Positions 29,496-43,215 of a stretch of DNA of 64,000 nucleotides are shown here, one piece after another (positions within the stretch are counted from its first letter, which is position 1; the number at the start of each line of letters is the position of its first letter). Under the pieces are notes generated by a model, which worked only from the letters and a program-made list of their open reading frames with translations, searched no databases and was not told where the DNA came from. Both the position numbers and the translations under genes were made by a program. The DNA comes from the human T2T-CHM13v2.0 reference genome, Homo sapiens, in NCBI RefSeq assembly GCF_009914755.1, contig NC_060946.1. The stretch is one strand, 5' to 3'.

Positions 29496-29786
29496 TTAAA
29501 GGGTCAGGGAGTCTCCTGGGGGTGAAGAGACTCTGTTGAGTCTTAAAGGCTTTAGAAAATGTAACATGTGTTGAAAATCGAGTGGGAGGCTTCAGCACAT
29601 CTCCCACAACAAGAACCATGGGTGTCAATTTTTGCAAAATCATGTTTAAGAGATATTCTCCTAGATTTTGGACTCTGTTGCTTTCTTTCTTAATTAACTG
29701 TTCCCTCACTAAAAACAAACTACAATGACAAAACCTGAAATCAACAGCCTTACTTCATGAATTTGCTGTTAAAATAAATCTCATGA

Positions 29787-30108
<322 letters not shown>

Positions 30109-31059
30109 TCACAAAAGCATACATAGAGTGCCTGCACACACAACATGCTCAGTGGTCGGCCCTTCACTCCCATCTTGGATCTGCAGGGTAATTACATAGG
30201 AAATGCATTTCTGTCCCGATACCCTGGGTCTCTGTGGTCATCCTGCAGGGACAGGGCCTCCCAAGAGCTGCTGCATGCAGCTAGGGCTCTCCATCTCCCC
30301 AGTCGGCATCCTGACACCAAGCACCCACATTTTATCCCTGCAGTTGAAATGTTACGGCTGAAATAACCACGTCCGTGAGAAAGCACCATGTCCTGCCATA
30401 AAGGCAGGTAAAATGAGATGAAATGAAACGCTGAGTGCTTGCTTTGGTCTTTAGGGCTGATGGATGGGCCCAGCCTCCCTGGCCCTCGCTACCATGTGGG
30501 CTGCAATCAATGCCTCTTCTCCCAAAGGTGCCCGACCACCTCTGACTCCCTGCTCAGTCACTGGCAATACCCTTGCCATGAACACCTTGAGTTATCACAG
30601 AGCTCCCTGTGCACATCTGCACTATATAACTCAACCAGTAAAGACGCCTTCCTCGCAGGGCCAAGTTCAGACTTTTCTTAGATTAAGCAACTACAAGAAA
30701 GAGGCATTTTATGATTTGGAAACTCCTGTTATTATGGTTCTTCCAGGGCCTCCCTCAATCATGAGCCCATGTCTGGACTCAGAGACCTAGCTCAGCCAAG
30801 AGGTCAGGAAAGGCGCCTGCCTGCGTCACACCAGCCTCCCAGGGCCAGGGGCTGTGGTCTCCTTCTCCTTCACAGAGCAGCAGCTGGGCTCAAAATTAAT
30901 CAATTGCTCCTTCCTGGATGATCTCCATTCGGTAAAGCCTTTGGGAGGTTTTTCTACTTACTACCTTATTTCCACACCTCGAGCCTGGATGGGAGGGTAT
31001 GCTTTCTGGATGTGATTCCTATAAATAACGGTAGTAATGCCAACAATAAATACAGCTCA

Positions 31060-31250
31060 CATCCCTTAGCAGGCACTGTGTGCCTCCCATGGACTGCTTT
31101 ATAGGAGCCGCTTCATTTAACCCTACAAATGGCCCTCTGTGGCATCAGCCCAGCCTTCCAGATGGAGGAAGTGACTTGCTCCAGCTTGCAAAGACAGGAG
31201 GAGAAGGTGGTAGTGGTGGATTTTGAACCCCAGGTCTCTGAGTCCATACT
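31060..31250 (-). mobile_element. MIR
   Basis: 'cagatggaggaagtgacttgctcc...ggattttgaaccccagg'. Confidence 0.6.
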
Positions 31251-31264
31251 TGGCCTTTCTTTGT

Positions 31265-31760
31265 TCAACTTCAAATTGACATATAACACACACAGAAAAA
31301 TGCTCATAGCCTAGGAGCATGTCTCTAAGAATTCTCATAAATGGAGACCACTCCTGTGAACAATATTCAGATCAGAAAGCAACACTTTACCAGCATTGGA
31401 GGAGCACAGCTTAGGAGGCCTTCCGGGCACTGTCCACGCAGAGGCATCTGTCTACGCTCCTGACTTGTAACTTGGTATATTACCTGTTTTGGGACTTTAT
31501 ACAAGTGTGATCATTCGGTGTGAGTTATATCGCACAGTTCGCATACTTCCCCTGGTGTTCTGTGTGAAGACCCATGCTGCTGCATTTTTTGCGTGACTGT
31601 AGATGGTAGAATTTTCCCTGGTGTGTAGTATTCCGTTGTATGACCACAACACCGTGTATTCATTCGTTCCCTTGCCAGTGAGAATTGGAGCGGGTTCCAG
31701 ATGTCTGCAACTGTGAGGAGGGCTGCTAAGGAGAGGCAGCTCCGTGTTTTATGTGGAAGC
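31265..31760 (-). mobile_element. L1ME 3' UTR fragment
   Basis: 'gtgtgtagtattccgttgtatgaccacaac...tattcattc...gggttccag'. Confidence 0.65.
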
Positions 31761-34279
31761 TGCATAGCCTTCCCGTGGGTGTCCACGCGGTCGCTGGGAG
31801 CGCATCATCTGCCTTGGTCCGTTTGGGCTGCTAAACAAGGTACCATGAACTGGGCGCCCAGCTGCAGGGGAGGCTGCAGCGCCTTCCCCAGGGCATTTCT
31901 CCCAATTGTCTCGCCTGCTCTCCATTCCGGCCCTTCACGGGCTCCTGAGTTCCAAGAAGTGTGCGGCTTTCACTCCCCAGCGGCTAGTTCATCCCCGGCC
32001 TGGCCCTCCCGGCTTTCTCTCCTGTCTCAGGAACCAGAACAGCCCTGGGCAGGGGAAGGAAGCAGGGTGTGGTTAACTGAACAAGCCAGGGCGCTGCAGA
32101 TAATACGCCTCGCGGCACTCCTCCGTCATCCCTTTTCCTCTCTGTGCCTGAATCCGACATTTAAAGGTGGCATTCCCCGAGTGGAGGCATGAAAGGAAAA
32201 CGGACTGGACGGGGCACCGGAGAAGCGCCACGTCCATCCTGACACCCGTTGGGTTGACAACTCATTTAAGTCCCGTAATGGAGTCGCCAAAACCCAGTAG
32301 CCGCAAACAACACACAAAGGGGGTTTCTCACAAGCCCGACCTCAGCGGATCTTAGAGTGGCTTTTCTGGGTGGCCTGCTCTACACGTCCCGCGTGTTCCG
32401 TGGGGGACCCCCGCCCAGGGTGGGGACCGCTTCTCATGGCGCAGACAGAGGGGCTGGAGCAGGCAGGTCCAATCAAAAGCTTTCCCAAGATCTGGGGCAC
32501 GGCTGTGAACATCCCAATGGGCAAAGCCATTCCCAGGGACGGGTCCTGGGTGGAGGTTAGCCCTGCCCACCATGGGAGGGCGCAGCAAAGTGAGTGCAGG
32601 TGGTATAAATACAGGGTGGCAGGGGAAGGGTTGGGGCCAATTTCTCAACGTGCCACACAGCCTCAAATGTAGGAGCATCAGGAGAACATCTGCTCTTGTT
32701 TCCTGACTGAGCTGTGGCAAGGAGGCAAATTGCTCACTGAGGAGTGCTAATTAGGGAAATAGAGATTATTATAACGGGGTGAAGCTGACGGTGCCGGGGG
32801 GCACCCGGTTGAGTGAGAAAGACCCCATTCACAGTACTCACTGGGAAGAGAGCTTGAGAGCAGGCAGGGGGCCAAGAGGTGGCATGTAGGGAGACGGCCA
32901 TGGCACAGGGCTCGCCTGGCTGCAGAAGTCCCCTCTGTAACCCGGGAGGCTGAGCATGTTGAAGAAAACACATTGCCTATTAAAAATCACACACCTTCCT
33001 CAATTTGCATTTCTGCAGTGTGTTTCATCCCCGGACATCAAAGATCCTGGCTCACCATCTCTCCTGCGGGGTTCGAATGGAAAATGTCGTATCACAAGCT
33101 TCTTTCACATCTAATTATGGGGGCTGAATGCAGGGTTGTCTGGCCTGAAAGCAAAGAGGCCCCTCTCCTCCTGCCTGCTCCAGGGGGCACACGTCTGCCG
33201 GATGCCTTCGGGCGAATTCAAAGGCAAGGGAAGATTTCAGCAAAACATTGACAGAGCATCAGGATCTGCAAAGCTCGCTAGGACAGCAGGAATGCAACCG
33301 GGGGATGGTGGTCACTTTTTTGAGAGGGAAGAAGAGGTGGCTTATTGTGCCGTGTCATTAGTCCTGGAGCCTAGAGACAAGTGAACCGAGAGTAGCCCAC
33401 AGTGCAGAGCCCAGCTGCACACCCACAGGGGAAAAGGGGAAGGGATAAGGGGGAAGGGGACGTGGCACTGGCTGAGCTACCTGCCTCTGCCAGAAGTCAG
33501 AGCCTTCATATAAAAGTGAACACCCTTTAGGTCTGGCTTGATCAATCCGGTCACATAGATGCATCACCAGAGGCCTGAGATGTTGAGTTACTTGAAGGAG
33601 GAGATGCAGTCCCTCAGTGGTGTAGCTGGCTTGGAACCTCAGGTGTGGATCTGTCCTTACAATGGGGCTTTCTCCACCATCCCAGACCCAGGAGGCCCCC
33701 GTGGGTCCTATGAGCTGACCTGGCTGGCACGTGGCATCTGGCTACCACAGGACACTCAGCTGCACTTCCACGTTTCCCTGTGGGAGCAAGAGGAGAAGGG
33801 CTGAGCCCAGAACAGGGGAGGAGATTACAGTTCTCCATGATGACCCAATGGGGTCATGTGGGAGGTGCTGGGGAGACCCTTGCTGAGCATCTACATGTGA
33901 TTCTACTGCCTTGGCGTGCCAGGAAGGGAGAGCACGTGTCTGACTTGTCTCAGGCTGCAGCTGCTGTGAGGACAAGCCATGGTGGCTTTGGTCTCTGTGA
34001 TCGCAGTGACTGCCCCAGATGCATTCCTGGCATGGCCTTATTCACTGGCTGTGAGCTACAGCCACAGAGAGGAGCCAATAGGAGAAAGTTTCTGACCCTA
34101 CCAAGTTGGGCAAATGCAGAAATTCACTGAGCAGGCGGGCTTCTCCTTGTGGTGAACAGGGGGTATGCGAGCCCCCACTGTCACTGTGGTCAGGAGTGCT
34201 GAGCCTGCCTCCAGCTTATCTGGTGGACAGTGTGATGGCCTCACAGCCATACTGTGACCTGAGAGCAGCCAGCATCATC

Positions 34280-34495
34280 TGTCTTAGTCCATTTGGGCTG
34301 CTAAACAAGGTACCATGAACTGGGTGTCTTAGAAACAACAGAAACATATTTCTTATGGTAATTCAGCTCTGGAGGCTGTAAGTCTGAGATCAGGGTGTCA
34401 GTGTGGGACCTCCCAGGTCCCATCTCCTGACACCATCATGCTGGGGGTTAGGGTTACAGCCTCTGAATTTTGGGGGGACACATTCATTCCATCAC
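34280..34495 (-). mobile_element. MLT1A/MSTD-type LTR, internally deleted
   Basis: 'tgtcttagtccatttgggctgcta...ggaggctgtaagtctgagatcagggtg...gggggttagg...gaattttggggggacacattca'. Confidence 0.8.
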
Positions 34496-35459
34496 TCTGT
34501 GCTTCCTGAAGGGGGATTCGAGGGCCTCTTGAGGATGTGCTCTGGATGATCCAGTGAAGCCTGGTGTCCACTTTGTCTACTACACCACCATTAAAAGGAA
34601 CGAAAAGCCTCTGGTCTCTGCCGCCAAATGAATCCTGGACATGTATCCTCTGTGGTGTCACCTAAGAGCAATGAGGAAGGTAAAGGGTCAGGTCATGAGT
34701 GCTGGCGTCTCCCTTAAGAGTGGGGAAACAGAGAGGGGACCCTGAAGTTGTGGAAGCTGTCAGTGCTGTGGCCACATGGCGGGAGACTGCTGAGTGAACT
34801 TTTGAAAATGACTCATTTGCCTTTTCCGGGCCAAAAAGCTACCTCGTCATGAGTTAGTGATGTGGCAGTGCACAGCTTCTAGCTAAAATGCTTGTGAATG
34901 CACAATAGAAAAGCAAAGGTGGGAAATCAGCAACACTGAAAACTACGGTGGACATTCACATTCCTGATAGAATCAGAGAAGAATTCCCAATAACCAACAG
35001 GGACTGGATGTAGGCAACAACTGGTGGCCTTTGCTTGCTTTCCCTGGAGATAACGTGACCTCAGCCATATGGGGGAGAAAGGAACAAGTGTCCTCAGTCT
35101 CATAGGTCTATCTCGTGCTCCAACACAAGGTCTGCACAACAAACAGTCCTGAAAGTCATCCTTTTCCTCGGTTGTGCTTTCTGAGGCAGGCAGGAGGGTA
35201 GATCTTGTTCCTATGTCCCCACACTCTGCCATCACTAAAAAACATCCATGGAAGGACTCCAACTCCCAGCAAATCACCCTGTAAGAAGCCTCCACCACAA
35301 AGCTCTCCAAGCAGAAGTCTAGATAGGAAGACTACAGAAACCACAGGCTGGCTGCTGGCTACAGATTTTCAGGTATCACAAATGTTTGATGTGTCAGAGA
35401 ACCAAGCATTGGGCAACGAAAAATCAGATATTAAAACATCCCCCTATCCTTCCATTGAA

Positions 35460-36060
35460 TATTCATTCATTCATCAATCCATCCATCCATCATTCATTCA
35501 TCTATTATGCATCCATCCAGCCATCATGCATTCATCCATCATCCATTCATCCATTCATCCATTCATGCATCCATCATCCACCCATCCATTCATCCATTCA
35601 TCTTTCATTCATTCATCTGTCATCCATCCATCTAGCCATCATTTATTCATCCATCATTCATTCATCCATTCATATATCCATCATCCACCCATCCATTCAT
35701 CCATTCATTCATCCATCATTCATTCATCCATCATCCATCCATCCATCCATCTATCTAGCCATCATTCATTCATCCATCATCCATTAATCCATTCATTCAT
35801 GCATGCATAATCTACCCATCCATTCATCCACCCAGGCATCCATGCATTCGTCATCCACCCACACATCCATCCATCTATCCATCCATTATTCATTCATCCA
35901 TCCATCCACCCCCATCCATCCATCTAGCCATCATTCATGCATTCATTCATTTATCCATCCACCACCTATCCACCCATCTAAATGTCATCCATTCATCCAT
36001 CCATTCATTCATCCACCAATCATCGGTTCTTCCATCCCTCTGTCCATCAACTCATTCACC
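35460..36060 (+). repeat. Degenerate (CATC/CATT)n microsatellite, ~600 bp
   Basis: Directly visible. Confidence 0.97.
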
Positions 36061-37520
36061 CAGCAAATACTCTCAATGGATCTCCCATGTGACAGACACT
36101 CTTCTTAGCAGTTGGGTGGCAACAGAGAATAAACAAACAAAATTTCTTTACTTGACATATAGAATTTGTATTACAGTGTGTAGGAATAAAATAAGTAAAT
36201 AAATAAGTAAATATGAAGGATGTTAGATTAAAAACCTGCGAGGCAGTAAAACAAATGTAGGGAGCAGAGCGTGTCCGCAGTGAGGACACTGGGATTTTAA
36301 TAGGGCTTTTAGTCAGCACAGAGCTTCCTCAAAAGGGGATGGAGGTGAGGGAGTGAGCAGCGGGAAGGACAGTCCAGGCCGGGCTGCAAGCACAGACATC
36401 TGATTCTGTGCCGGGCAAGGGATGGAGGAGCCCAGTGTGACCAGAGTAGAGTCAGGCTTGAAGCACATCTGATAAGAAACAAAAGAGGGCAAAGAAGACA
36501 GGGTGAGGGTGTGGGATTTGGAGCAGGCAGGTGGTATGATCTGCTGTATGTTTTCAAAGATTCCTTTGGCCCTGAATGGGGACTTGTGAGGCAGAGTGAC
36601 CACGATAAGAAGCCATGTTTGTCTTTTCTGCCACCAACAAAATCTCACAAAGTCCCTGACCCTGTGATGATGGGCAGCTCTCCCGAGGAGTGGATGGAAT
36701 GGAGCACACAGCCCCCCACATCTCTTGCCTGAGTCACTAATATGCCTTAAAACACAAACGACCCTGCTCCTTGCGGTTTCCTACACAGGAGATAATGCCT
36801 GACAGGGTTAGTGAACATGCCTCTGTAGTCGATGGCCACGTGAACTCTTTCTTCCACCCCTAACCTGGATGTGACTCTTGATGGAACTCTTTCTTCCACC
36901 CTAACCTGCTTTCATGTGAAGTCCAGGAAGTCTGATGTGATTCTGCACATATGGCACCTCTACCACCTGGATGTAACTGTGAGCTGAAACGCTGTTTCAG
37001 GGCAGTTGGACAGAACCTTTCTGAAAGACTCCTCCCAGGCTGTGGTCCTCAGGCTACAGTCCTCAGTAAGAATTCTGAATAAAACTCACTTTAGTTCTTT
37101 AAGAGCTTACCTTTTTTTCTTTACTCAGCTGACTACAGTGGGGCAATTATGGAGAAGAAGGAGACCAGACAGAAAAAACCGTGATAGGAGGAGAATGATG
37201 GTGCTTGGACCAGCCTGGGGTCAGGGGAGGAAGAGGAATTGGCTGGATTCTGTGCTAACTTTGAAGGGATTACCAACCTGATTTGGTTCCAATCAGCTAC
37301 TGGATGACAGGGTGAGGGGAGAAAGAAAGCAATGCTCAGAAGAACCAGGCAGGCTCCCACCTCTGTCCCGAGCACGTGGAAGGATGGAGTTCCCGTCTGC
37401 TGGGTTGGGGAAGATGGTGCAGAAACAGGCTGGAAGTGGGATGATGGGGAGTTTGGTCTTGGATGTATCAGTCCAGCACAGTGCACCAGGCAATGCAGGT
37501 CAGCCACGAGATAGTATCCT
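36050..37520 (-). mobile_element. L2 fragments interrupted by an ERV1 LTR
   Basis: Antisense L2 motifs 'gatctgctgtatgttttcaaagattcctttggc', 'gatggtgcttggaccag', 'ggaaggatggagttccc', 'gagtttggtcttggatgt'. Confidence 0.65.
36615..37132 (+). mobile_element. ERV1-class solo LTR (MER34/LTR48-like)
   Basis: 'ctgaaagactcctcccaggct...gtcctcagtaagaattctgaataaaactcac...cagctgac' with AATAAA. Confidence 0.6.
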
Positions 37521-38812
37521 AGGAGTCAAATACACCAATCGGCCCTGATAGCAAGCAAAACATTTACTCAGAGAGCACATTTGTAGGTGGGAATAACCCA
37601 AAATTTCCATCTAGAAACATACAGTATCTACAAAACAAAGGAAAAGGATATTTCCTCAAAGAGAGTGACCAGGGTTCTACTTTTGAATGTAATTCACTAA
37701 AAGAAAGGATGAACACTGTAGATGATGCTTTTATGAGGAGCAGCCTTGAGAAAATAACACAGCAAGATGGGAAAGGCCAGTCACAGAGGGCTCGGGGGGC
37801 TTCCGAGATTCTGCCTGCCCCTTCACTCCAGGAAGCTCTGCTTGACCAGTCTATGAAGGGGTGGCGGTGCTGGCCTCTCAGATTACAAAGGCAGGAGCAA
37901 GGTGAGGGGTGCATCACAAGGCCTCATTCCTAACAAGAGCCCCCCATTGCCTGGAGGAAAAAGAGGAATAAAGGAGGCCTAGGTTAGTAAAGACATAGCT
38001 ACATGGCTGAGTAGGTCTCTGGGACGTTGTAAAACAATGAAAATTAACGAACATGTCAAGAGTAATGAAAATACCTGACACCAACATCGAAGATGGGAGG
38101 GAGTCAAAGTTGCCGTTGTCTAACACTCATGGCCTTTGATGAGGAGAACAGATGTGCTACTTAACATTACACTCTGCTAAGCCTAAAAATGGTGAAAAAT
38201 TAAGGATAACTATTAAAACGTTAAACATGTAGCATGTAATTTTCAAATCATAAACAAAAAGTAGGAAAATAAAAACAATTCAGTAAAACCAACACAAAGA
38301 AGAAAGAAAATAAAACAAACAAATGAAGAAACATGGCAAATAGAGATGACAGAATGGACAGGTAGAAATGAACTTCAATATTTCAGTAATCTAAGATTCA
38401 TTGAAAAGGATTGAACTCACTAGTTAAAATATAAAGTCCCACATACCAAAAAAGTAAACAAACAAAAACAAATAAAACACCCCAAAATAGACAAGCACGT
38501 GTGCTGTTTTGCAAACCCCTGGAAGCCACCTAGGATGTGGTGACATGAAAAGATTGGCAGCATGGGGAGAGAAATCATTCATACCAGGCCAATAACACAA
38601 AATAAAGCTCCAAATGAGCTGGTGCAAATATACTGATATATGAAATAAAACCTAAGGCAAAAAGCATTATTATGAATAAAGACAGCTAGTTTAGAACGAT
38701 TGAAGGACTAATTCATGAGAATAAAACACCAATAATGAGTAAGTATGCACTTAATAACATGTCCTTGAAATAGATGTAGCAGATCCGTATGGAATCATAA
38801 GAAAATTCTGCA

Positions 38813-38836
38813 ACACACACATATGCAGGCACACAC

Positions 38837-38878
<42 letters not shown>
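38813..38878 (+). repeat. (CA)n microsatellite
   Basis: Directly visible. Confidence 0.97.
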
Positions 38879-38880
<2 letters not shown>

Positions 38881-38964
38881 CTCATGGTGGACTTTAATAC
38901 ATTGCTAAGTAACTGATGCATCAAGCTGAATAAACATCCATATGCACAGGGAACAGAGACTCCT

Positions 38965-39156
38965 TAACTCCTGCGTGTTTTTGTAAATAAAGTTTTATTG
39001 GAACACAGCTGTACTCACTTGTTTATTTCTTTATTGCCTGTGGCTGCTATTTAGCTACAGTGGAAGAGTGGCGAAGCTGTCACAGAGACCACCTGGCCCA
39101 AAAAGCCAAAAATAATTTACTACTGACCCTTTACAGAAAAAGTTTGCCAACCCCTG
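38965..39156. mobile_element. MER58 (hAT-Charlie)
   Basis: 'tttgtaaataaagttttattggaacacagc...ccctttacagaaaaagtttgccaacccctg'. Confidence 0.85.
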
Positions 39157-39216
39157 ACATGGAATCTTTCAAAAGCGTAGTGAGTGTTCTTGATCAAACA
39201 AACATAAATAGAACTA

Positions 39217-39554
39217 CAGTCATGCCTCACAAGGGGGACATGCTCTGAGTAATGTGGCGTTAGCCAATTTTGTTGTTGTGTGGACATGACAGTGTACCTG
39301 GACTAACCTAGGTTGTCCACCCTACTGCACACTGGGGCTATGTGGTAGGGCCTGTTGCTCCTGGGCTACGCACCTGTGCAGCGTGTGACTGTACTGCATG
39401 CTGCAGGCAATGGAAACATGACGGTAGGTGTCTGTGTATCTAAGCCTCTCTAAATGTAGAAAAGGTGCACCAAAAATACAGCATTATAATCTTACGGGAC
39501 CACCCTTGTAATCCAGTCTGTTGCCGACCTAGAGGTCTAGGTGACACATGACTG
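39217..39554. mobile_element. Tigger3a/b (TcMar-Tigger) MITE
   Basis: Terminal inverted repeats cagtcatg...catgactg with TA on the left; internal 'gctcctgggctac', 'tataatcttacgggaccacc'. Confidence 0.85.
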
Positions 39555-40237
39555 CACACCCACCCAAGTTAAATAAAATATCCTTCTCTCAAGAGCACAC
39601 AGAACCTTTACAAAACTTGACCACATTTCAAATCACAAAGTAAGTCTCAAAACTACCGAAAAAACATCAATATCACTCAGATCATGTTCTCTGACTGCAA
39701 TTTGATAAAAATTCATTTCTAAATGATTTGTGGTTAAAAGGAGATAAGAAAATGGAAAAGAGAACAGACTTGAAACCAAAAATTAATGAAAATGCTACTT
39801 ATCAAAATGCGTGTGATGCCGTCAAGGCAGTACTTAAAATAAAATTTATACCTTCAAAACGACTACGTTTGACAAGGGAGAGAGATGATAAAAATTAATG
39901 ACTGAAACGTCCTACTCAAAAAAAATTAGAAAAAGAACAAGATAAAGCTCAAGAAAGTAGAAAGGAAAAATAATTTAAATAAATAAGTAGACATGAGTAG
40001 AACACGGGTCTTGGGCATGAGTTAGGGCAGGCACAGAAGCCAACGGTGAAAGTTTCCGGGGCGGAGGTCCTCAGACCCAGGGGTTTATTCCATCACCTCT
40101 GCCCTTTCATCAGGAAGAGTGTCTCAGAATAGGAAAGCCTTTTAGGTTTTATGAAGGGGAACTTCCCATTGTTTGACAAAGGCCATGACTCTAAACTGGT
40201 GGAGAGACTGAGTTCTGCTCGCCCTACAAAACCTTAC

Positions 40238-40662
40238 TCTGATGTGTTGAATTTTGTCTCCAAAAAATGGTATGTTGAAGTCCTAACCCCAAGTACTGCA
40301 GAATGTGACCTTATTTGGAAACGGGATCTTTTGTAGAGGAAATGAAGTTAAAATGAGATCCTTAAGATGGGACTTCATCCAATGTGACAGCTGTCCTTAG
40401 AAAGATGAAACGTAAACACGCACAGAGGGATGACGGATAGGAGTGATGTCTCTCTACGCCAAGGAATACCAGAGGTGCCGGCAAACCATCGGAAACTAGG
40501 AAGAGGCAATGAAGACCCTTCCCTACAGGCTTCAGAGGGACAGTGGTCCTGTGGGCGCCTCGATTCTTGATTCCCGGCCTCCAGATCTGCAAGGCAATCA
40601 GTTTGTGTTGCTCTAAGCCGCCGAGTTAGTCATACTTGGTTTCAGCAGCCCTGACAAATGCA
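40238..40662 (+). mobile_element. MLT1C solo LTR
   Basis: 'tatgttgaagtcctaaccccaagtactgcagaatgtgaccttatttggaaa...gccaaggaataccagagg'. Confidence 0.85.
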
Positions 40663-40829
40663 CCTGCTGAAGATATAACTTCATTTTGTCATTGCCAGGC
40701 CTGGGCAGGCAGTGCTAGGTCTGCTGTCACCAGGAGGCATCCTCCTTCCTGCTGTTTGCACTCACTCGAAGGCCCGGGTAGGAAACTGGCGAGGCAAAAT
40801 CCATCCTCACACTTGCCTCTCCCTGCTTT

Positions 40830-41020
40830 ATGTCTCTGCGTTGCTCATCACTTTCTAAGCAAGTGTTTTACTGATTTCCATGGTCGAGTGTCCCACTATC
40901 TCCTCTCCTGCAGAGTGAGCTATGGGAAAGTGGGATTGCCTGTCTCACTCCCCAGCAAATCTGCACTGCTGCCAACGGAGCCCGAAGCTACTGAGAGCTC
41001 CATGTTTGTTGAATGAATAA
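40830..41020 (+). mobile_element. L2 3' end
   Basis: Ends 'tgtttgttgaatgaat'. Confidence 0.55.
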
Positions 41021-42814
41021 TAAGATGAATGAAATGATACAGTTTTAAACCCACACTTTTATTTTGGCCTATAATACAAGCATCAAGAAGATCACGAAAC
41101 CCAATAAATGTTCAAAATTAGCCAAGAGAACTTATCACAAAACCTAGTGAGAAAGCACTCCATATACCAGATACCTGCCACAAAGCCACTGTCATTATTA
41201 AAAAAATCTCAAACGGCATAAAAATAGACACAGAGAGATGAGCAGACTAGAATAGGGTTCAGAAATACAACATAATATCTTGAGGGATTTAATATAAAAC
41301 CAAGGAACTCTTTTAATTCAGTGTGAAAATGATGGTTTATCATCCTAATTAAAAAAAAAAAGCTAAACTCCCACTTCACACCATATACAAAAATAAATTA
41401 CAATGAGAAGAGAAAATTTTTAGAATAAAATTTTGAAAACTACAGTTATACATCTTTTGTGTTAGGGATACATTTATAAATTAATTTTATGTAATGCCTC
41501 TCCCTTCCAAAAAATATTTAACAATGAAATGAATTTTCCTGTGGGTGAAAGAAAAGAAAGAGAGGAAGACAGACAGAAGGAAAATAAAGAAAGAAAGAAA
41601 GAAGGAGAGAAAGAAAGAAAGGCCTATTGATATGTTATATTGTGTTGGGAGGGTGCACAAAGATAGGAGTGTGTGGATTTCCCCATCTCCCAATTCTCCC
41701 ATTCCTGCTCCAGGATAAAATGTTAGGAGTTTCAGAACTCTCTCTCTCTCAGATCGCAGCCCTCAGGATGGGCTAAGACTCATCCTCCCAGCAGGGTTGA
41801 GTCTTGAGGCATTGTCTGCTTGGGTTGCATGTTAACACCAGAGAAGTGGAGCCGGGCATGCTCAACCCACCCCTCCCTCTCTTGTCCTTTTGGGATGCCT
41901 GTTCTCCATTTGCTCTTGGCCAGATGTAAGCTCAGAAATCAGTGCAGGGGAGCACTAGCAGGTCAGGAGGTCCCGGCCTCAGCGACGTCTGCAGCCAGCT
42001 CTTGGTCTTCTCAGATGCCTGCAGACACACGGCTCACTCCTCACCACTCCTTCTCCCCCACAGGACTGTCACACCAGAGTCAGAGGACGCATCTTTCAGT
42101 GGCTTCTTTGAGAAGTGTGAGGTTTTATTTATAATTAGCTCAACTCCTCTTTCCTTTTAGAGAGAAAATATTGGCGGTTCTACAAATCAATATCTTTTCC
42201 TTTCTAGATTGTGTTGACCAGCACCAAATTATCTCAGTTTGGTGACACATAGTTTGATAAAGGACAATTACCCCCCAAGCCCCAAGCACGTCAGTATGAC
42301 CTTAGCTTTGATTTTTCCAATGGAAGAAGTTCAGCATCATTCTGTGGAATAAATTTACCGTGTCTAATCCCATAAATTCCTTTACCTTTCTCATCCTGCA
42401 GGGAGCTATAGAGCCATGAGCAGAATTTTTAAATTATATTAACACAATTAAATGGGTTATTTTTTAATGTCCTTGTAATCTTTTCTTTTCACAGTCAAGT
42501 TCCCTAAAATAATTTCAGCAAAAAATTTTTTCCAACGCATTAAAAAATCACGGTAAATAGTAAAATGCAATCCCATGGACTCATTCTCAGATTTCCTTGA
42601 TGCTATCATTTTGCTGTAATTACTTCAGGTTGGAAAAGAGAATTCTACTAAACACATCCCTCAATCTCCACCCACATTGTGACTCATGTCAGAGAAGATG
42701 GGATCCAGACAGCTAGAACCAAAATGGCAGCTTTATTATCATAAAAGCTGGACTAGAGGACAGTGCTGTAATGGGTGACCACATAAATAGGTTTGTTAAT
42801 GCTACTGGGATTGA

Positions 42815-43215
42815 TCGTGGTATATCCATAAAATAGAATATCATTTGACCATAAGAATGAATGACGTGCTGATACGTGATACACATGGATAAATCTTGAA
42901 CACATTGTACTCAGTGACAGAAGCCAGTTACAAAAGGCTGGATTCTATTTGTATGAAATGTCCAGAATATGCAAACCTGGATAGACAGAAGCTAGATTGG
43001 TTGCCCAGCCCCTGGTTGTTTGAGGGTGATGTCAGAGTGAGTGTTAATGAGTACAAGGTTTCTTTTCGAGGTGATGAAAATGCTCTAAAGTTAGATAGTG
43101 GAATGGTTATACAACTCTGCGAATATACTAATATACTAAAATCCACTGGATTACATGCCTTAAAGAGATGATTTTTTTGTTATGTGAATTGTGTCTCTAT
43201 AAAGCTGTTATAAAA
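42815..43215 (+). mobile_element. L1MB/MC 3' UTR
   Basis: 'acatggataaatcttgaacacatt', 'ggtgatgaaaatgctctaaagttagatagtgg', 'tctctataaagctgtt'. Confidence 0.85.

Larger units (their letters stand above)
38150..39990 (+). mobile_element. L1ME-type ORF2 5' fragments, interrupted
   Basis: A-rich endonuclease-region motifs, e.g. 'atcatgttctctgactgcaat', 'acttatcaaaatgcgtgtgatgc'. Confidence 0.7.

Noticed and set aside
35205-36108. His/Ser/Ile/Pro-rich ORFs
   Set aside because: They are translations of the CATC/CATT microsatellite.
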